Shown: piece after piece, positions 50,100 to 62,331 of the stretch
Layout: each line of letters begins with the position of its first letter
Position numbering within the stretch: the first letter of the stretch is position 1
Source of the DNA: Trypanosoma brucei
Lineage: Eukaryota
DNA length: 64,000 nt
NCBI GenBank assembly: GCA_000002445.1
Contig: CP000069.1
Span: 608,001 to 672,000 of the forward strand
Direction: 5' to 3'
The notes under the pieces: generated by a model
What the model was told of the DNA's origin: nothing
Databases searched by the model: none
What the model saw: only the letters and a program-made list of their open reading frames with translations
Translations under genes and position numbers: made by a program

Positions 50100-53000
50100 G
50101 ATGATGAGCCGCGGTTATGGCTACCAATCAACTAATCAATGGAATGAATGAAGAAAAAATTAATATATGTTCACGCTACCAGTATTTAAGTACCTGTGTT
50201 AAGTGGTTGTATACCTATTTCACAATAATGCAACCTCACCTCAAATGTTTGAAAGAACCGGTGACTAAAGGGGGAAAAAAAGAAACTAACCTAAGCGCGC
50301 CACCTTTCTTCTTTAACTTCTCTTTTTCTTCACCTCCCTCACTGAAGTGGAAGTGGCTCTGTTTTGTAACAAAAATAATACGCAAAACACAACACACTAA
50401 TAAGAAGATGACACACACATCACCGCGAATAAATAAATAGAGGTTTTTTTTTTCGGAAGGAGGAAAAAAGAAAAATAAAAAAAACAAGGAAAAGAGGAGC
50501 TAGAGGAATGAGGTCATAAGCAGAAAAGGAATAAGAGAAACCAAAGTCAGTGCATATCAATGGTTACCCACTGAAAGCACGACCGCAAAAAAAAAAAAAA
50601 AAGATGCACTCACGGAGATTTTGTAAGAAAATAAAAATAAATAATATAAAACACCCCTCAAACTTACACACATTTATATACTGGCACAAACAAACACGCA
50701 CTTCTCATCTACAACCTCGCCTCTCCAAATTCTTCTTTCTTTACCTTTTTTCTCCTGTCGTCTTAGTCCACCTAACAATAATTGTTATTATAATTATAAT
50801 TTTATTAATTTTTTAAATCACTTCATCCAATGACGACAATACCAATACCAATACCAATATCAATACCAATACCAATAACAACCACAACTACAACTACAAC
50901 AGCCAAAACAATAATAATCAAAAAACAAAACAAAACAGAAACTCATTTCCTTATCTTTACTCATATTATCACTTCGTCATACACACACACAAAAAAAAAA
51001 AACGCTCTCGTTACTCTTACACCCACAAATAAATACTAATGAATATAAACCTTAAATATATTTAAATGAAACCACAAACATTATACCTACCTCTTAACTT
51101 GCTTCCCTAGACAAGTTAAGAAAGAAAAAGAAAAGAAAAAAAACAAAAGAAAAGAAAAGAATCAAATGAAAACATTAAGAAAAATGATTCCGCGCATGAC
51201 AACAATAATAATAATAATAACACTATCGCTATTTCTCATCTCGTTATTTTCTTCCCCTTCCAATTCCTCTTTTCTTTCTTCATTATTTTTTTCTTATGCT
51301 TTCGCTTTCCTTTTTTTTTCTCTCTTTCTTTTTCTTTCTCTTTACCTTTTGCTCTGCTCGCCCATGCTGGGCATCCTCTAACAACAATTTTTATTATTAT
51401 TATTTTATTTATATGAAATCAACCGAATAATAAAGTAATACAGCCGGTTATAAGCGGTAAGGTGGTAACGACGAAACCACATACTTGTTGTTGTAATAAT
51501 AATAATAATTATTATTTTTTTCTCTTCATTCGTTACTCATTTAAGGAAGTAAGGAAAAGTGCAATGGTAATAATAATAACAATTATTACTATTATTATTA
51601 TTATTACCATCATTACGAATGGGATCTCTTCCCTTGAAACCCCGCAGTGGAACTGTTTTTTTTCTTTTTTTTAAAAAAAAGGTGTATGAAAACAAACATT
51701 TGATAAGTATTAAAAATTAATCAAATGAAGTTAAACAAATGAACTGAGTGATCGATTCGTGAGGAAACAAAAAGAAAAAAAAGAAAGAAAAGATAAAGAG
51801 ATAAAAAGAAAAAAGGAGGCTAAACAAACAAACAAACAAAGACGGAAGCGAAAGCGGACACGTCCCTTCCACACATTTTCCTCATTTCTTTCTTTTTTTT
51901 TGTTGTTGTTGTTCTTTACATATATATTTATATATTTATATATATATTCGTTACTGTTGTTGAGATTTCACCGTGTCACCAACTCCTTTTTTTTTCCATA
52001 TCACAACCGTCGTAAATCGTAACAGCGGTAATCATCACGACGCAAAGGCACTGAAAGATAAAACAACAAGAAAAAAAAGGAAAAATACAAATAAAATACA
52101 AATACAACGTTTCTCCCTATCGTGTCACTCATTCATTCATTTATTCATTTACTTAATTACTTATTTTTTGTTGCTGTTGTCGCGTTTCTACACTTCACTT
52201 CTGATGCTTAAAAAAAAAAAAAAGAGATAAAACAAAATAAGTAAAAAAAACAAAAAAAGAAAAAAGAAATTAAGCACTCCATTGGGTCCACCCGCCTCTT
52301 GTTTCATCCATTTCTTGTGTTGTTGCATTGAGGTGTTTTTTTTGTTTATTATTTTATTTTATTTTCTCCCTTCTTCGGTATTTTTTTTTTCAAAATTTAT
52401 ATTCGCTTCGTTACAAAAAACCGGCAGCGGCAATAACGGCGAGAAGTGAAAAAACAAAAACAAAAACACAAAAGAAAGTCCAACACGCCTCCTTTTCAAA
52501 AGAAAAAGAAAGAGAAAGAAAAGGATCCACCACACTACAACAAATCCAATTCAATTTCCTACAAAAATAAAAAATTTAAAAAAACAATTTCATTTTCTTC
52601 GGTGTTATTATTATTATTATTGCCACTGCTATTGCTTTTTTTTCCTTTCTTTTTGTCTTTTCCCTATATTTATCCCCTTTACACACAAACAAAAACAAAA
52701 ACAAAACAATTCACACGAACTCTCGCTTATATTTCTCCTCCTCTTTTTTTCTCTCTCGTTCCCTTTCCTTTACAAAATAAAAAATTTAGAAAAAAAACAA
52801 AAAAATTGCGCACTTTTTTTCCGTCAGACAAAATTGTTTATTTGCTTTTAGTCACTTATTTCCATGAGTGGGTGCGCATCTACAATAAAATCAAAAAAAA
52901 AGGAGAAGTTTTATATAAAACGGCTCCCGTAAAATACAAAAGAGGGAGAGAGAAAGATATTTAAAATAAATAAAAAAAAAGAAGAAACGAGAGGACCGCC

Positions 53001-56000
53001 ATAATAATAATAATAACAGGAATAAAAATAATAGGGAGTAATAATGGGGAAAAGAATATCATATCAAAGGAGAAGGAGGAATAAGGGAAAAAAAAAGGAA
53101 AAACGGGGGGGGGAAAAAAAAGGGAAACTAAACAAAAAAAAACGACAACAACAAAACAACAGCGGCATTGAGTACACTGCACGAGAGGAATTTTTTTAAA
53201 AAAAATTAAAACTTGTAAGTAATGACAGGGGAAACTAAAAAACGGGGATCATCACTTAAGTGACTAAAAGGAAGAAAGAGATAGAAAAACAAAAAAAAAG
53301 GGGAAAATGAAGGGAAGGGAAATCACATAATAAAGGAATATTTAAGAGGGTTAGGGAAGGAAGGAAGGGGGAAAAAAAAAAACAGAAACGGAAACGGAAT
53401 ACTTTGAGGCTAACAAAAAAAAAAGAGACAACGGAATAAAATAAATAAAAACGCCACAGAGAGGACGAACGAAAAAAAAATTGTTTTTTTTTTTTGATTC
53501 CACAGAAGGAGAGTTAGTAAAAAAAAAGAAGGAAAAGTAAGGGAGGGCGCGCACCGAAGTCGAACACACAAAAACACACAAATAAGCACGAAAATAAAAG
53601 AAAATTAGAAAAAGAAAAAGAAAGAAAAAAGAAACATAACGGAATTGAGAAAGTGTTGCCGAAAAGAGTAAAGTGAAACAACCAACACGACAAAAAGAGG
53701 CATAAGAAATATCGAACAACCGATATTAAAATAATCTCACAGATATGAAAGCGACGGTTGTTGTTGTTGCTGTTGTTTCTCTTTTTTTTCTTTTGCGCGT
53801 GTGTTGGTGTACTGATTCATTCATTCATTCGCTCACATCCGTCCAGAGGAATATAAAAACAAAAAACCAAAGAACAAAAGGGAATACGGCAGTTTTAAAT
53901 ATACGAATATTTACAAATATATGCAAAAAAGAAAAAAATGAGTATTAACTCGTAAATATAACTGCTGTGTTAGGTATAATAAACATAATTTAAACATATA
54001 AATATATAAATGCGTGTGCATTTGCATTTGTACACACGGATACGCCCAAACGCGACTTCTCAAAAAAAAAAAAAACAGCAGTGATAGAAAACAAAAACAA
54101 AAATAAGCGCTCCCGTGCGATGTACCACATTTCCGCAATTGGCGTCGGGGAGAAACCAAATCAAAGACAAAAGTAAGGAGGAGAAAAAATCAAAGGGGAA
54201 CATAAAGGAAGAATGAAGACGTGGGACATTTTATCTATTTTGCAATATAATAACATTAATAATAAACAAAACATGGGCGGGACTCACACGAAACACAGAC
54301 TAATATAGAAGTAGAAGCTATAAACACATAATTATATTTATTTACATTAATAATATCAAAAGGAAATACGCGTTAGAGTATGAAGAAACGGAAACTGAGA
54401 AGTAGTGAAAGGAGGAATGCCAAGGTTCACGCCATTTTTTAATGATCCAGCATTCAGAAGAGAAACAAACAACAAAAAGACAAAAAGGCATTCATTACCT
54501 CTTATTTGCCCTCACTTCCCTTTTTTTTTCTTTTTGGTAGTTTACTCTTGTCCCCCTCCATTTCTTTTTCTTTTTTAGTTCTCCGTTTGTTCGTTTACTC
54601 TTGTTTTTGTTTTTTGGTTTGTGTCTTTTGCCTCGCCACATGTGTCACATCAGTCCCCATCTGATTTCATTAAATCTTTCACTCTTCTGTAGCTTCATTT
54701 GGCCCCTTTATTCTCCTTTTTTTCTATTGCTTATTTATTTGGCGCATCTACGCACACATATACACATACGCAAGCATAAATTAAAGTAAAAAACATCAAC
54801 CGCTTCCTCCCCCCCTTTATTAAAAATGAAAATCATTATTTAACCATTATACATATGTGCACATATATATATATATATATATATAACGTAAATAAACACA
54901 AATACATCAACCAATAGATATATATATTTATATTCCCTCCTTCCTTCAATCAATCCAGTACTTCTTCCGTGATATTATTTCCCCTTTTCATTTACCTCTC
55001 CTTCTTCATCCCCACATAGTCCCCAAAGTAAAATTGAAAGAAAATGAAACAACGACAAAACAACTGAAAGGATGAAGACAACCCAACGTATGCAAGAAAC
55101 AAGGAAAAAGAGAGAGAGAAGGAAAAACAAAGTGAGAGGGGTTTAAATTTTAAAAAAAAATCCAATCACCCAGGTCCAAAAGTGAAGAGTGGACAAGAGA
55201 GGAGTCAAAAAAAAAAAAGGAAAAAGAAGAGAGTGAAGAACAGCAACAAACCATGCCAACAGTCAACTACAGTAGTAATAATAGTAATAATATAAAGGAA
55301 AACTGGAAAAAACATCAGAAAGTCAAGAGCACACTATGTGCATATATAGTGCTGACGCATAGATGCATCTTCACAAGGAGGGAACACCGTAACAACAACA
55401 ACAAAACAAAACAAAATTCTGAAGCAAAGCAAATCCAAGCAAACAAGTAAAAGGGGACAGGAATATTTTGCCTCGGTCACTTAACTCCGTGGCCACTCCC
55501 ACCACATCGAGCGAAACAGTATGCGGGGGAGAAAAGAAATGGACAACTATTGACGTATATAAACATAGATATATAGATAAATATCTGTTGTTGCTCTTGT
55601 TGTCATTGATGATGTTAAGGTGTGCGCCTCATATACAAATATGCATATTTAAATATATATATATATTTATATATATATACATGAAAAGGTATTAGACGAG
55701 GGATAATAACAAAATCAGGAATATTCCCTCCAAAGTACAAACGACTCGGTGCGGCCCAGTTGGTGGGGACGAAAGAGGAACAAAGAGCCCCGCTGAGCAC
55801 ACACACGCACACACACACAACAAAAAGGAGGAGAGAGGGTAAAGTGACAGAGGCAATCAAAGGAAATGAAAGGAAAATAGGAAGGTAGGGAAAATTAGTT
55901 TCGGAATACAACTTGGTTATATAGTATATAAAACCAATAAATACAAACCAGCAGACAGTGGTGCTGCTTCTTTTACTTCATTCCTTTCCCTCACTACTTA

Positions 56001-56200
56001 TTGTTATTTCATTTTTCTTCTTTATTCTCTTTTACCTTAATCCCTTTAGATTCTTTGATACTATTTTGTACCCGCCCATTCCCCCCTTTTTTTTAATTGG
56101 CTAATTGGGAACATAGAGGAAAAGGTATTCGTCTGGCGCCATGCACTTTAACTCGTCTTCTGGGGTAAATTTTGCACTGGCTTGTTTGTTTTCTTCGTTG
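50100..56200. repeat. 6.1-kb ORF-free, AT-rich low-complexity block made of alternating 50-750-bp polypurine and polypyrimidine segments with many mini- and microsatellites
   Basis: No ORF longer than 172 aa, and those present are low-complexity artefacts (K-, F- and L-runs). Examples: (accaat)n and (acaact)n at 50830-50890, (caaa)n at 51820, (ttca)n at 53815, (aat)n runs, and about 750 bp of nearly pure A/G on the plus strand at 52960-53700. Flanked by BBS2 (ends 50099) and the STE11-like kinase (stop 56216), both on the minus strand. Confidence 0.8.
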
Positions 56201-56215
56201 ATTCCTGAGTTCCGC

Positions 56216-58135
56216 TCAGCGGCTGACAATGGGCAACTTCGTCGTCCTCGCGCAAGCATCACCGGCTATTCCCACTCCCTTCCTTCGACCCTTGCGCGGG
56301 TCACTAGTACGACTATCGAGAGGTGCCGTGCTGCTGCTGCATGAGATGGACAGACGTCGCCGAACGTTGCTCTGGCGGAAGCTGTTCATGCGGGGACGCC
56401 GGCCAGATTCGATGCCAAGAAGACTCCCACATCCCCTCATGCCAATCACGGCATGTCCTGAAGGAATGTGAGTGCTAAGCAGTGAAACGCGGCTCCGTTC
56501 AGCCCCATTAATGGGGCTTGTCGTCGCAGCTGCAACCTTGTTCGTAACACTTGCCACATCGATTTGCGAACACGCGCTTGCAAGTGAGCAATCCATCAGG
56601 CTACAACTTCGTACGGAGTCCGCCTTTCCCTTGCCCTTTATCCATGGGTGTCGCAGCAACTGTCGCGCCGTTAGACGCTCCCTCGGGTTGGTACGGGTAC
56701 ATTGACGAATGAACTCTTTGGCACCCTCGGGAAGGTGCTCTGGGATGTGCCTCTCGAGTTCACCTCGTAGAATAGCAAACATAACTGCCATACAGTTGTC
56801 TAGCTGCCAGAAGGGGGGATGACCGGTTAGCATCTCAAGTACGCAACAGCCCACGGACCAGATATCAGCCGTGTAGCTGTGCCCACTGCAGTTAATCACT
56901 TCAGGCGCCATAAAATTCGGCGTTCCAGCGACACTATTCGTTACTATAGTTGACTGCAAATCTTTGCTAGTACCGAAATCACCAACTTTCAAGACGCCAT
57001 TCCCTGTTATAAACAAATTGTCCCCCTTCAGATCGCGGTGCACGATGCGCCGCTTGTGAAGGTATGCTAAACCCTCTAGCAACTGTCGAGTATAGTTACG
57101 AGTCTCCTCCTCGCTCAGAGCCCCTTCGGTTTTAAGCTTGCTAGCGATGGTGCCACCACTAATGTACTCCATGTATATCAACAGCGCGCAGCACCCCTCG
57201 TCGCGTCGTGAAGAAAAGTACTTCACAATATGCTTGTGATTCAACTTGCGCATCACACGAATTTCCCGTTCCAGCGCGCATAGTTGCTTCTCTGTGTCCC
57301 TGTCAATATCTGAAGATACAATAATCTGCTTCACCGCAAGCTCCGCCCCTGTGTCCAGGTCAGTTGCACGAAATACATCGCCGAACATCCCACGACCGAT
57401 ACGTTCCTCTATCCGCACATTGACGATCTTTCTACGTAGGGCAGTTTCTGTGGTGGTGGAGACACCCGGAGTTCGGAGAGCCGGAGAGGCACTTCGGTCT
57501 AACAGATTGATCGAGTTTCCGGTGACGTCTACAGCGGAAGTGCCAGTGACACCATTGAGTTGATTCGTGCTCGCCACACTGGCCCTCCCATCTCCAATGC
57601 ACGTTGTGCTACACGTGGCCACACTTTCCATCTCAAGTACTTTTGTAAACTCAAGCGTGGAGGATAGTAACGATGCACTGCACGACGGGTCACCGCTTGT
57701 CGAATTCGACCTGCTACAGCTTGCTTTGTCACCCTCCGGCGTGTTTTCCAATATTTGCGTTGGGACGTCCTTTGTCAATTCGCCTAACCACGAATCAAGT
57801 GCTTCTTGACTGGCTTCTAGCACTCCACTCGCCATTTCGCTCGCCACATCATCTACTTCCTCACTGAATGCCGTTACACTAGTGACTGCAGATAGTGTGT
57901 TACTCGGTGTTCGGTCGAGTTGTACGAGTTGGTTTGGTCTCTGAAGTGCCTTTACAGTCCGTACGATGGGGCGGGGGGTAACCGCACCGGTATGCAAACG
58001 ACTTGTATAAACACCAGTACCCGCTAGACGAGCGTTCACCGATATCAAATCACGACGCCGCAGGGCCTCCGCGGCTAGTGGCCGATGGCCGTCCTCCGGT
58101 GGAGCACACGGGTGGCAATTTTCCAAGAGGGACAT
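56216..58135 (-). CDS. Serine/threonine protein kinase, STE11/MEKK-like (MAP3K family)
   Basis: Kinase domain in the C-terminal half: Gly-loop 'GRGMFGDVFRA', 'AVKQI' (VAIK-equivalent), 'HRDLKGDNLF', 'DFGTSK', 'GTPNFMAPEV' (STE-group activation segment), 'HPWIKG'. Long Ser/Thr-rich N-terminal regulatory region. Confidence 0.85.
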   Translation of the reverse strand: MSLLENCHPCAPPEDGHRPLAAEALRRRDLISVNARLAGTGVYTSRLHTGAVTPRPIVRTVKALQRPNQLVQLDRTPSNTLSAVTSVTAFSEEVDDVASEMASGVLEASQEALDSWLGELTKDVPTQILENTPEGDKASCSRSNSTSGDPSCSASLLSSTLEFTKVLEMESVATCSTTCIGDGRASVASTNQLNGVTGTSAVDVTGNSINLLDRSASPALRTPGVSTTTETALRRKIVNVRIEERIGRGMFGDVFRATDLDTGAELAVKQIIVSSDIDRDTEKQLCALEREIRVMRKLNHKHIVKYFSSRRDEGCCALLIYMEYISGGTIASKLKTEGALSEEETRNYTRQLLEGLAYLHKRRIVHRDLKGDNLFITGNGVLKVGDFGTSKDLQSTIVTNSVAGTPNFMAPEVINCSGHSYTADIWSVGCCVLEMLTGHPPFWQLDNCMAVMFAILRGELERHIPEHLPEGAKEFIRQCTRTNPRERLTARQLLRHPWIKGKGKADSVRSCSLMDCSLASACSQIDVASVTNKVAAATTSPINGAERSRVSLLSTHIPSGHAVIGMRGCGSLLGIESGRRPRMNSFRQSNVRRRLSISCSSSTAPLDSRTSDPRKGRRKGVGIAGDACARTTKLPIVSR

Positions 58136-59560
58136 GGTGTCCGTGGGAGCGTGCGTATATGTGGCACGCGAGGAGGAACGCTACAATTTACCCTCTACTA
58201 ATTTCTTTTCCTTTTTTTCTTGAAACCTTTCTTTGTATGTTGGTGGCGAACCGAGACACACCAATGATCTCTTTCTTGACTTCTCTTCCTCCTGTGCGGA
58301 TACCACCCACAAACGGTCCGGCTTTTGCGACTATTGAAGGGACAAAAAAGGAAAAAAAATGATGCTATGAATGTGGGTACGTTCGAAAAGAAGGATAGAA
58401 AAACAATCTTTACTGTTACAAAATGAATACGTATACATATACGTATTCATTTATATATGTATACGGATATATATTCGTATATAAATGTGCTGCGTGAAGC
58501 AAATACAGGCGGAATTGTGCCTTGTTCATTGATGCGGGGGAACATAAACGGCACAGATGAGAAGAGCAGAATTACAGAACATATGCAACAACGAAAAGAA
58601 CGTGCATGTGGTGAAATTTCCAAATGTTTAAACAGAACTTGACAAATTCTAAAGTACCAGTCACAACTCTTTAACAATCACAAGCATTTGCTACAATAAT
58701 AACAGTTATAGAGCAAGCATGCAATAAATTTTGTAATCCCGCAGAACCCACCCGCCGTCACCGCACAAGTGCGGACTGTGCGCTCGCACAAACCCCATAC
58801 TCCACAATCCCACCATTCAAGACGAAAATTTTAAAAAGTACTGAATGCAAAAATCTGAAGAATAACAAAAAGAAAAGGAAAACAAAGCAAAGAAAAGAAA
58901 AGTGAGAAAAAAAAACATTAAGTAACAACCACAGTTTCGCTCACACTCTAACCCTCCCATGACACCCCAATTCCATCATATTCTCATAATATGTATGTTA
59001 GCATCAGCCCCCGTGGAGGCTTGCAGGCACACACGCATATGCCTACATGCCATCGACGTAGCACCACCACGGGGGGAGGAAGACGCATTCCTTCCTTCTA
59101 TACACAATGAGACCATGGAGCAAAAAGAAAAAAAACTGACGGTGACAAAACATCGCGAAGGGGGGTGGAAATATATATAACATCACATCATATTGCTACG
59201 AGTAACAATGGTAATAGATGACAGAAAACTAGGGAAACTTTCTCTGTTTTGATTGAAAAGTTAACGGTATGCAACAAAACGAGTGGTCATTCACCCATTG
59301 CTTTCGATAAGAATACTAAAGACGAAAAATATATATATATATATGAATGGTACACGTTTGATGCACCGCCCCCTGCCAGCAAAATATTACTAAGTATTTT
59401 GATGTTTCCGGGCACTAGGAAAAATGGCACGGACGTAAAGCACATAAAATGGAAAAGTGAAGCTCAAGAATCAAAGAAAACGAGGACAGAAAAAGAAGCG
59501 CCGGGACACTCCGCAGCACCGATGAGAACTCTCACGCCACTGCGAAGATGAGAGTGGGCA

Positions 59561-60745
59561 TTACAAGACGATTACCCGCTCTTCCCTACATACACCACCC
59601 TTCACAGCCGACTCCTTCGCAGCGCGCGTGAAGTCAGGTGGGCCACAAATAACGACAGTTACTGCGGACCCAAACTGACTGAGAATTTTATGGTCCAGGC
59701 GAGCGTAACTAATAAGGTCTGCCCCGGGTACATTCACCTCACCTGAGGACCGCGTGAAAATGCAGCACAGCTTAAGCACTTTGCGCAACCGAGGTGCACT
59801 TTCACCACTAGCAACACCATTGTCATCCCGCAGGGAGCCGTACTGCTTGGCTAATTCTGTGATTTCGTCACGGATCACCAGACGGCGTAGATCCCGGGTA
59901 CTAACCACTAGCGTTGCAGAGGCGATTTGCTTCTCCAAGAGGTTCTTCACCGCGGCGAAGATGGGAACAATTCCAATGCCTCCCGCAATAAAAGTTACAT
60001 GTCTCATCTCCTCAGGTGTCTTGTGCAGTTCGTCATCGTCTTCAACAACCCACGAAGGGGCAAACGGGCCTTTATACTCAATTTCATTGCCGGGCTGCAG
60101 GGAGCACACGTGGCTTGAAACTCCATGGTTCAAGCTGCGTTTGGAAATAATCATAAAACTAGTTTCTGTCACCGAAGCAACGGTATAGTTACCACTCATG
60201 TCACACGCGCCAGACGGGTGAGGGAGCTTTAGCCGTACATAACTACCTGGTGAATGCTGCAGTCCCAGAGGAAAGGCAATTGTAATGCGCACAACATCAT
60301 CCAAGAGCATCTCAGTCCCCAGGACGGTGGCACGAACAAACCCCGGTGTCACCTCCCTATCTTTCCTGACTAACGTCGGGGCGATACGTGGACCTGCTGA
60401 ACGAAGACGACCAATACAGTACGTTGCAAGTTGCGCTTTAGTGCTGGGCCGGTGAATTCTGTCGAATACATCTCCAACCTCTTTGCCCACATTTTGGGAA
60501 AGAACCGATATACCACCCGGGTGAGTGGGAGCGAAGTCGGTCACATCGTACACACTACCATGAATTATTAGCACTAGCCGTTTCTTTTTATCAAGTAACG
60601 CCTGAACGTCACCATCTTCCAGTAGCTGTTCGCCCAGGGTTGGATCCGACAACCCCGCATCTTTCCCCTGGCAACCATCATCGCCACCAGTGGCCGCCGC
60701 TTGTCCCCGTGCATTCGATGCCGCCACACTGGGCAAACATCCCAT
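59561..60745 (-). CDS. Cytochrome b5 / NADH-cytochrome-b5-reductase fusion flavohaemoprotein with a predicted N-terminal dual acylation site (MGC...)
   Basis: N-terminal cyt-b5 haem domain 'LVLIIHGSVYDVTDFAPTHPGGISVL' (HPGG motif). Then a ferredoxin-reductase-type FAD/NAD-binding module: 'RLKLPHPSGAC...YTVAS' beta-barrel, 'FIAGGIGIVPIFA' NAD-binding Gly motif, 'VVICGPP'. 'MGCLPS' fits the myristoylation consensus MGxxxS and carries an adjacent Cys available for palmitoylation. Confidence 0.75.
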   Translation of the reverse strand: MGCLPSVAASNARGQAAATGGDDGCQGKDAGLSDPTLGEQLLEDGDVQALLDKKKRLVLIIHGSVYDVTDFAPTHPGGISVLSQNVGKEVGDVFDRIHRPSTKAQLATYCIGRLRSAGPRIAPTLVRKDREVTPGFVRATVLGTEMLLDDVVRITIAFPLGLQHSPGSYVRLKLPHPSGACDMSGNYTVASVTETSFMIISKRSLNHGVSSHVCSLQPGNEIEYKGPFAPSWVVEDDDELHKTPEEMRHVTFIAGGIGIVPIFAAVKNLLEKQIASATLVVSTRDLRRLVIRDEITELAKQYGSLRDDNGVASGESAPRLRKVLKLCCIFTRSSGEVNVPGADLISYARLDHKILSQFGSAVTVVICGPPDFTRAAKESAVKGGVCREERVIVL

Positions 60746-61689
60746 TGGCTAAGTCTAACACCCTTTTTTTTTCCAATATATAAGTATACAAGTTTATATG
60801 TATCGTTTCCAGTTCCACCCTTTGCCTTCTATTTTTTTTTTGCTTCCCTTCGGCGTATCCCCCTACCGTTTGACTTTCCCCTCTGTTCTGGTGAGATAGG
60901 AGTTTAGTCTTCTGAGTTCGGTGGCGCCTCAGCACCTACACCCGGGGTAAACACGGCAGTTACGCCACGCTCGGTTGGAAAAAAGAAAAAATAAGGGTGG
61001 GGAAAACAAACGAATAACCAAGCTGATAAAGCTGACCATGCGGAGCGATGAGGAGAGTTAAAAAACAAAAAAATGGACTTTAACAACAGGAAAAGAACAA
61101 ATCATATGGAAAGGAAGGAATAGAAGGGGGAAATTCCACTTTAGCTCTGCTGTGAAGTATCATATTTGGCTCTCTTCAGTGGAGCGAAGGAAAATAAAAG
61201 GGGGAAAAGAGGGAGGGTGGGGAATCAGCTGAAGAACGCAACGTTTAAATAGCTTTTCTCTTTTCACGAACATATCAGAGATACTGGAGAGTTATTTTTT
61301 CTACATCATGAAACGGGTAACCCAAATGAAAGGAGGTTCAAAAAAAACAAGCAGGAGAAGGCCCTTCTCCCCTGTCGGTTGTCGTCGCCTTTCCTCGGGC
61401 TTTCGTTAAGCCATGAAACCGTTGGTGGGGCCTGCAAAGCCGCACGATAGATGCTACGATAACGAAAACATCTGCTGCTACCACCACTCTTATGACAGTC
61501 ACTACTGCAGTGAGAAAAGAAGAGCGAAAAGAAAACTGCGGGAGCAAGTGTGGGGCTCAGAGAACTCAACAACGAAGTCAACTCAAAGAAACCAAATTTC
61601 CACCAAGTGCTACTTAAATAAGAATTACGACTTACGTTTATTATACTTGATGAGAAGGGGAGGTAAATAACACGTATATAAACCAGCTG

Positions 61690-62331
61690 TTACTTTTTAC
61701 CCTTCTTCCTGAGCGACACCTTGTCGAACTTGCCGTTTGAGGCGGTTGCCAGATGCTTTGCGGCAGCGGTGAGGTGCTTCACCTCTTCCTGTGCACGAGA
61801 AATGTGTTCCGAGCGGCGCTTATTGTGTTCCTCTTTCTTCTTTTGTTTCTCAAGTCTCTCCTTCTTCACCCTACGTTCGTCCAAGAATGGATCGCCACCC
61901 TCCTCCTGCGGGACGTAGTTGGGCCCCACCTCTCTTAACCAGTCGTACTTTTCCTTCTCCTCACGGGCGCGTTTGCCCCACTTGTCCTTCCACACCTGAC
62001 GCTCCTCATCAAAGACACGGTTCGTCTTCTTACGGTTGAGTGCAATTCCCTTTTTCATGGCAAACTTTTCCCATGCTGTGGGCGGTTTCGGCTTTGGTGG
62101 TGCCTTCTCACGAGGGAGTTGCATAACGGGCTGTGGAAGTTTCAGCAGAGTCGTAGATCCGTCAAACTTTCCTCTCTTTGTTGCCGTCGGTAACTCACAA
62201 CACTCCTTCAGAAGTACCTTCATGGCTTCAAGGGTGGACTGGTGGAGGTCTCCCTCGCTCCGCTGCGGTCCACTAATCAGAGAGCTGTTCGTCACGCAAA
62301 GAAGCCCCAGATCCATGTGATACTCACTCAT
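61690..62331 (-). CDS. RRS1: Ribosome biogenesis regulatory protein RRS1 homologue
   Basis: 'DLGLL' N-terminal motif. 'LPREKAPPKPKPPTAWEKFAMKKGIALNRKKTNRVFDEERQVWKDKWG' matches the RRS1 core (human 'LPRAKPLPRPRPLTRWQQFARLKGIRPKKKTNLVWDEVSGQWRRRWG'). Basic Lys-rich C-terminus. Confidence 0.8.
   Translation of the reverse strand: MSEYHMDLGLLCVTNSSLISGPQRSEGDLHQSTLEAMKVLLKECCELPTATKRGKFDGSTTLLKLPQPVMQLPREKAPPKPKPPTAWEKFAMKKGIALNRKKTNRVFDEERQVWKDKWGKRAREEKEKYDWLREVGPNYVPQEEGGDPFLDERRVKKERLEKQKKKEEHNKRRSEHISRAQEEVKHLTAAAKHLATASNGKFDKVSLRKKGKK

Noticed and set aside
50100-56200. Plus- and minus-strand ORFs of 60-172 aa in the low-complexity block (for example 52446-52964 'MKKQKQKHKRK...', 53351-53719)
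   Set aside because: Their translations are homopolymeric (K-, F-, L-, S-runs) and produced by poly-A/poly-T and microsatellites. Most are on the non-transcribed strand.
50100-56200. A degenerate ingi/RIME/SIDER retroposon or a centromere
   Set aside because: No ORF remnants, no A-rich tail with target-site duplications, and no higher-order tandem periodicity. The segment-wise purine/pyrimidine asymmetry is unlike known T. brucei retroelements.
58424-58451. 12-bp-arm palindrome 'atgaatacgtat-acat-atacgtattcat' in the kinase-to-b5-reductase spacer
   Set aside because: It is embedded in a TA/TATACA low-complexity run, where short palindromes arise trivially. It is much weaker than the 26-bp stem at 28961-29035.
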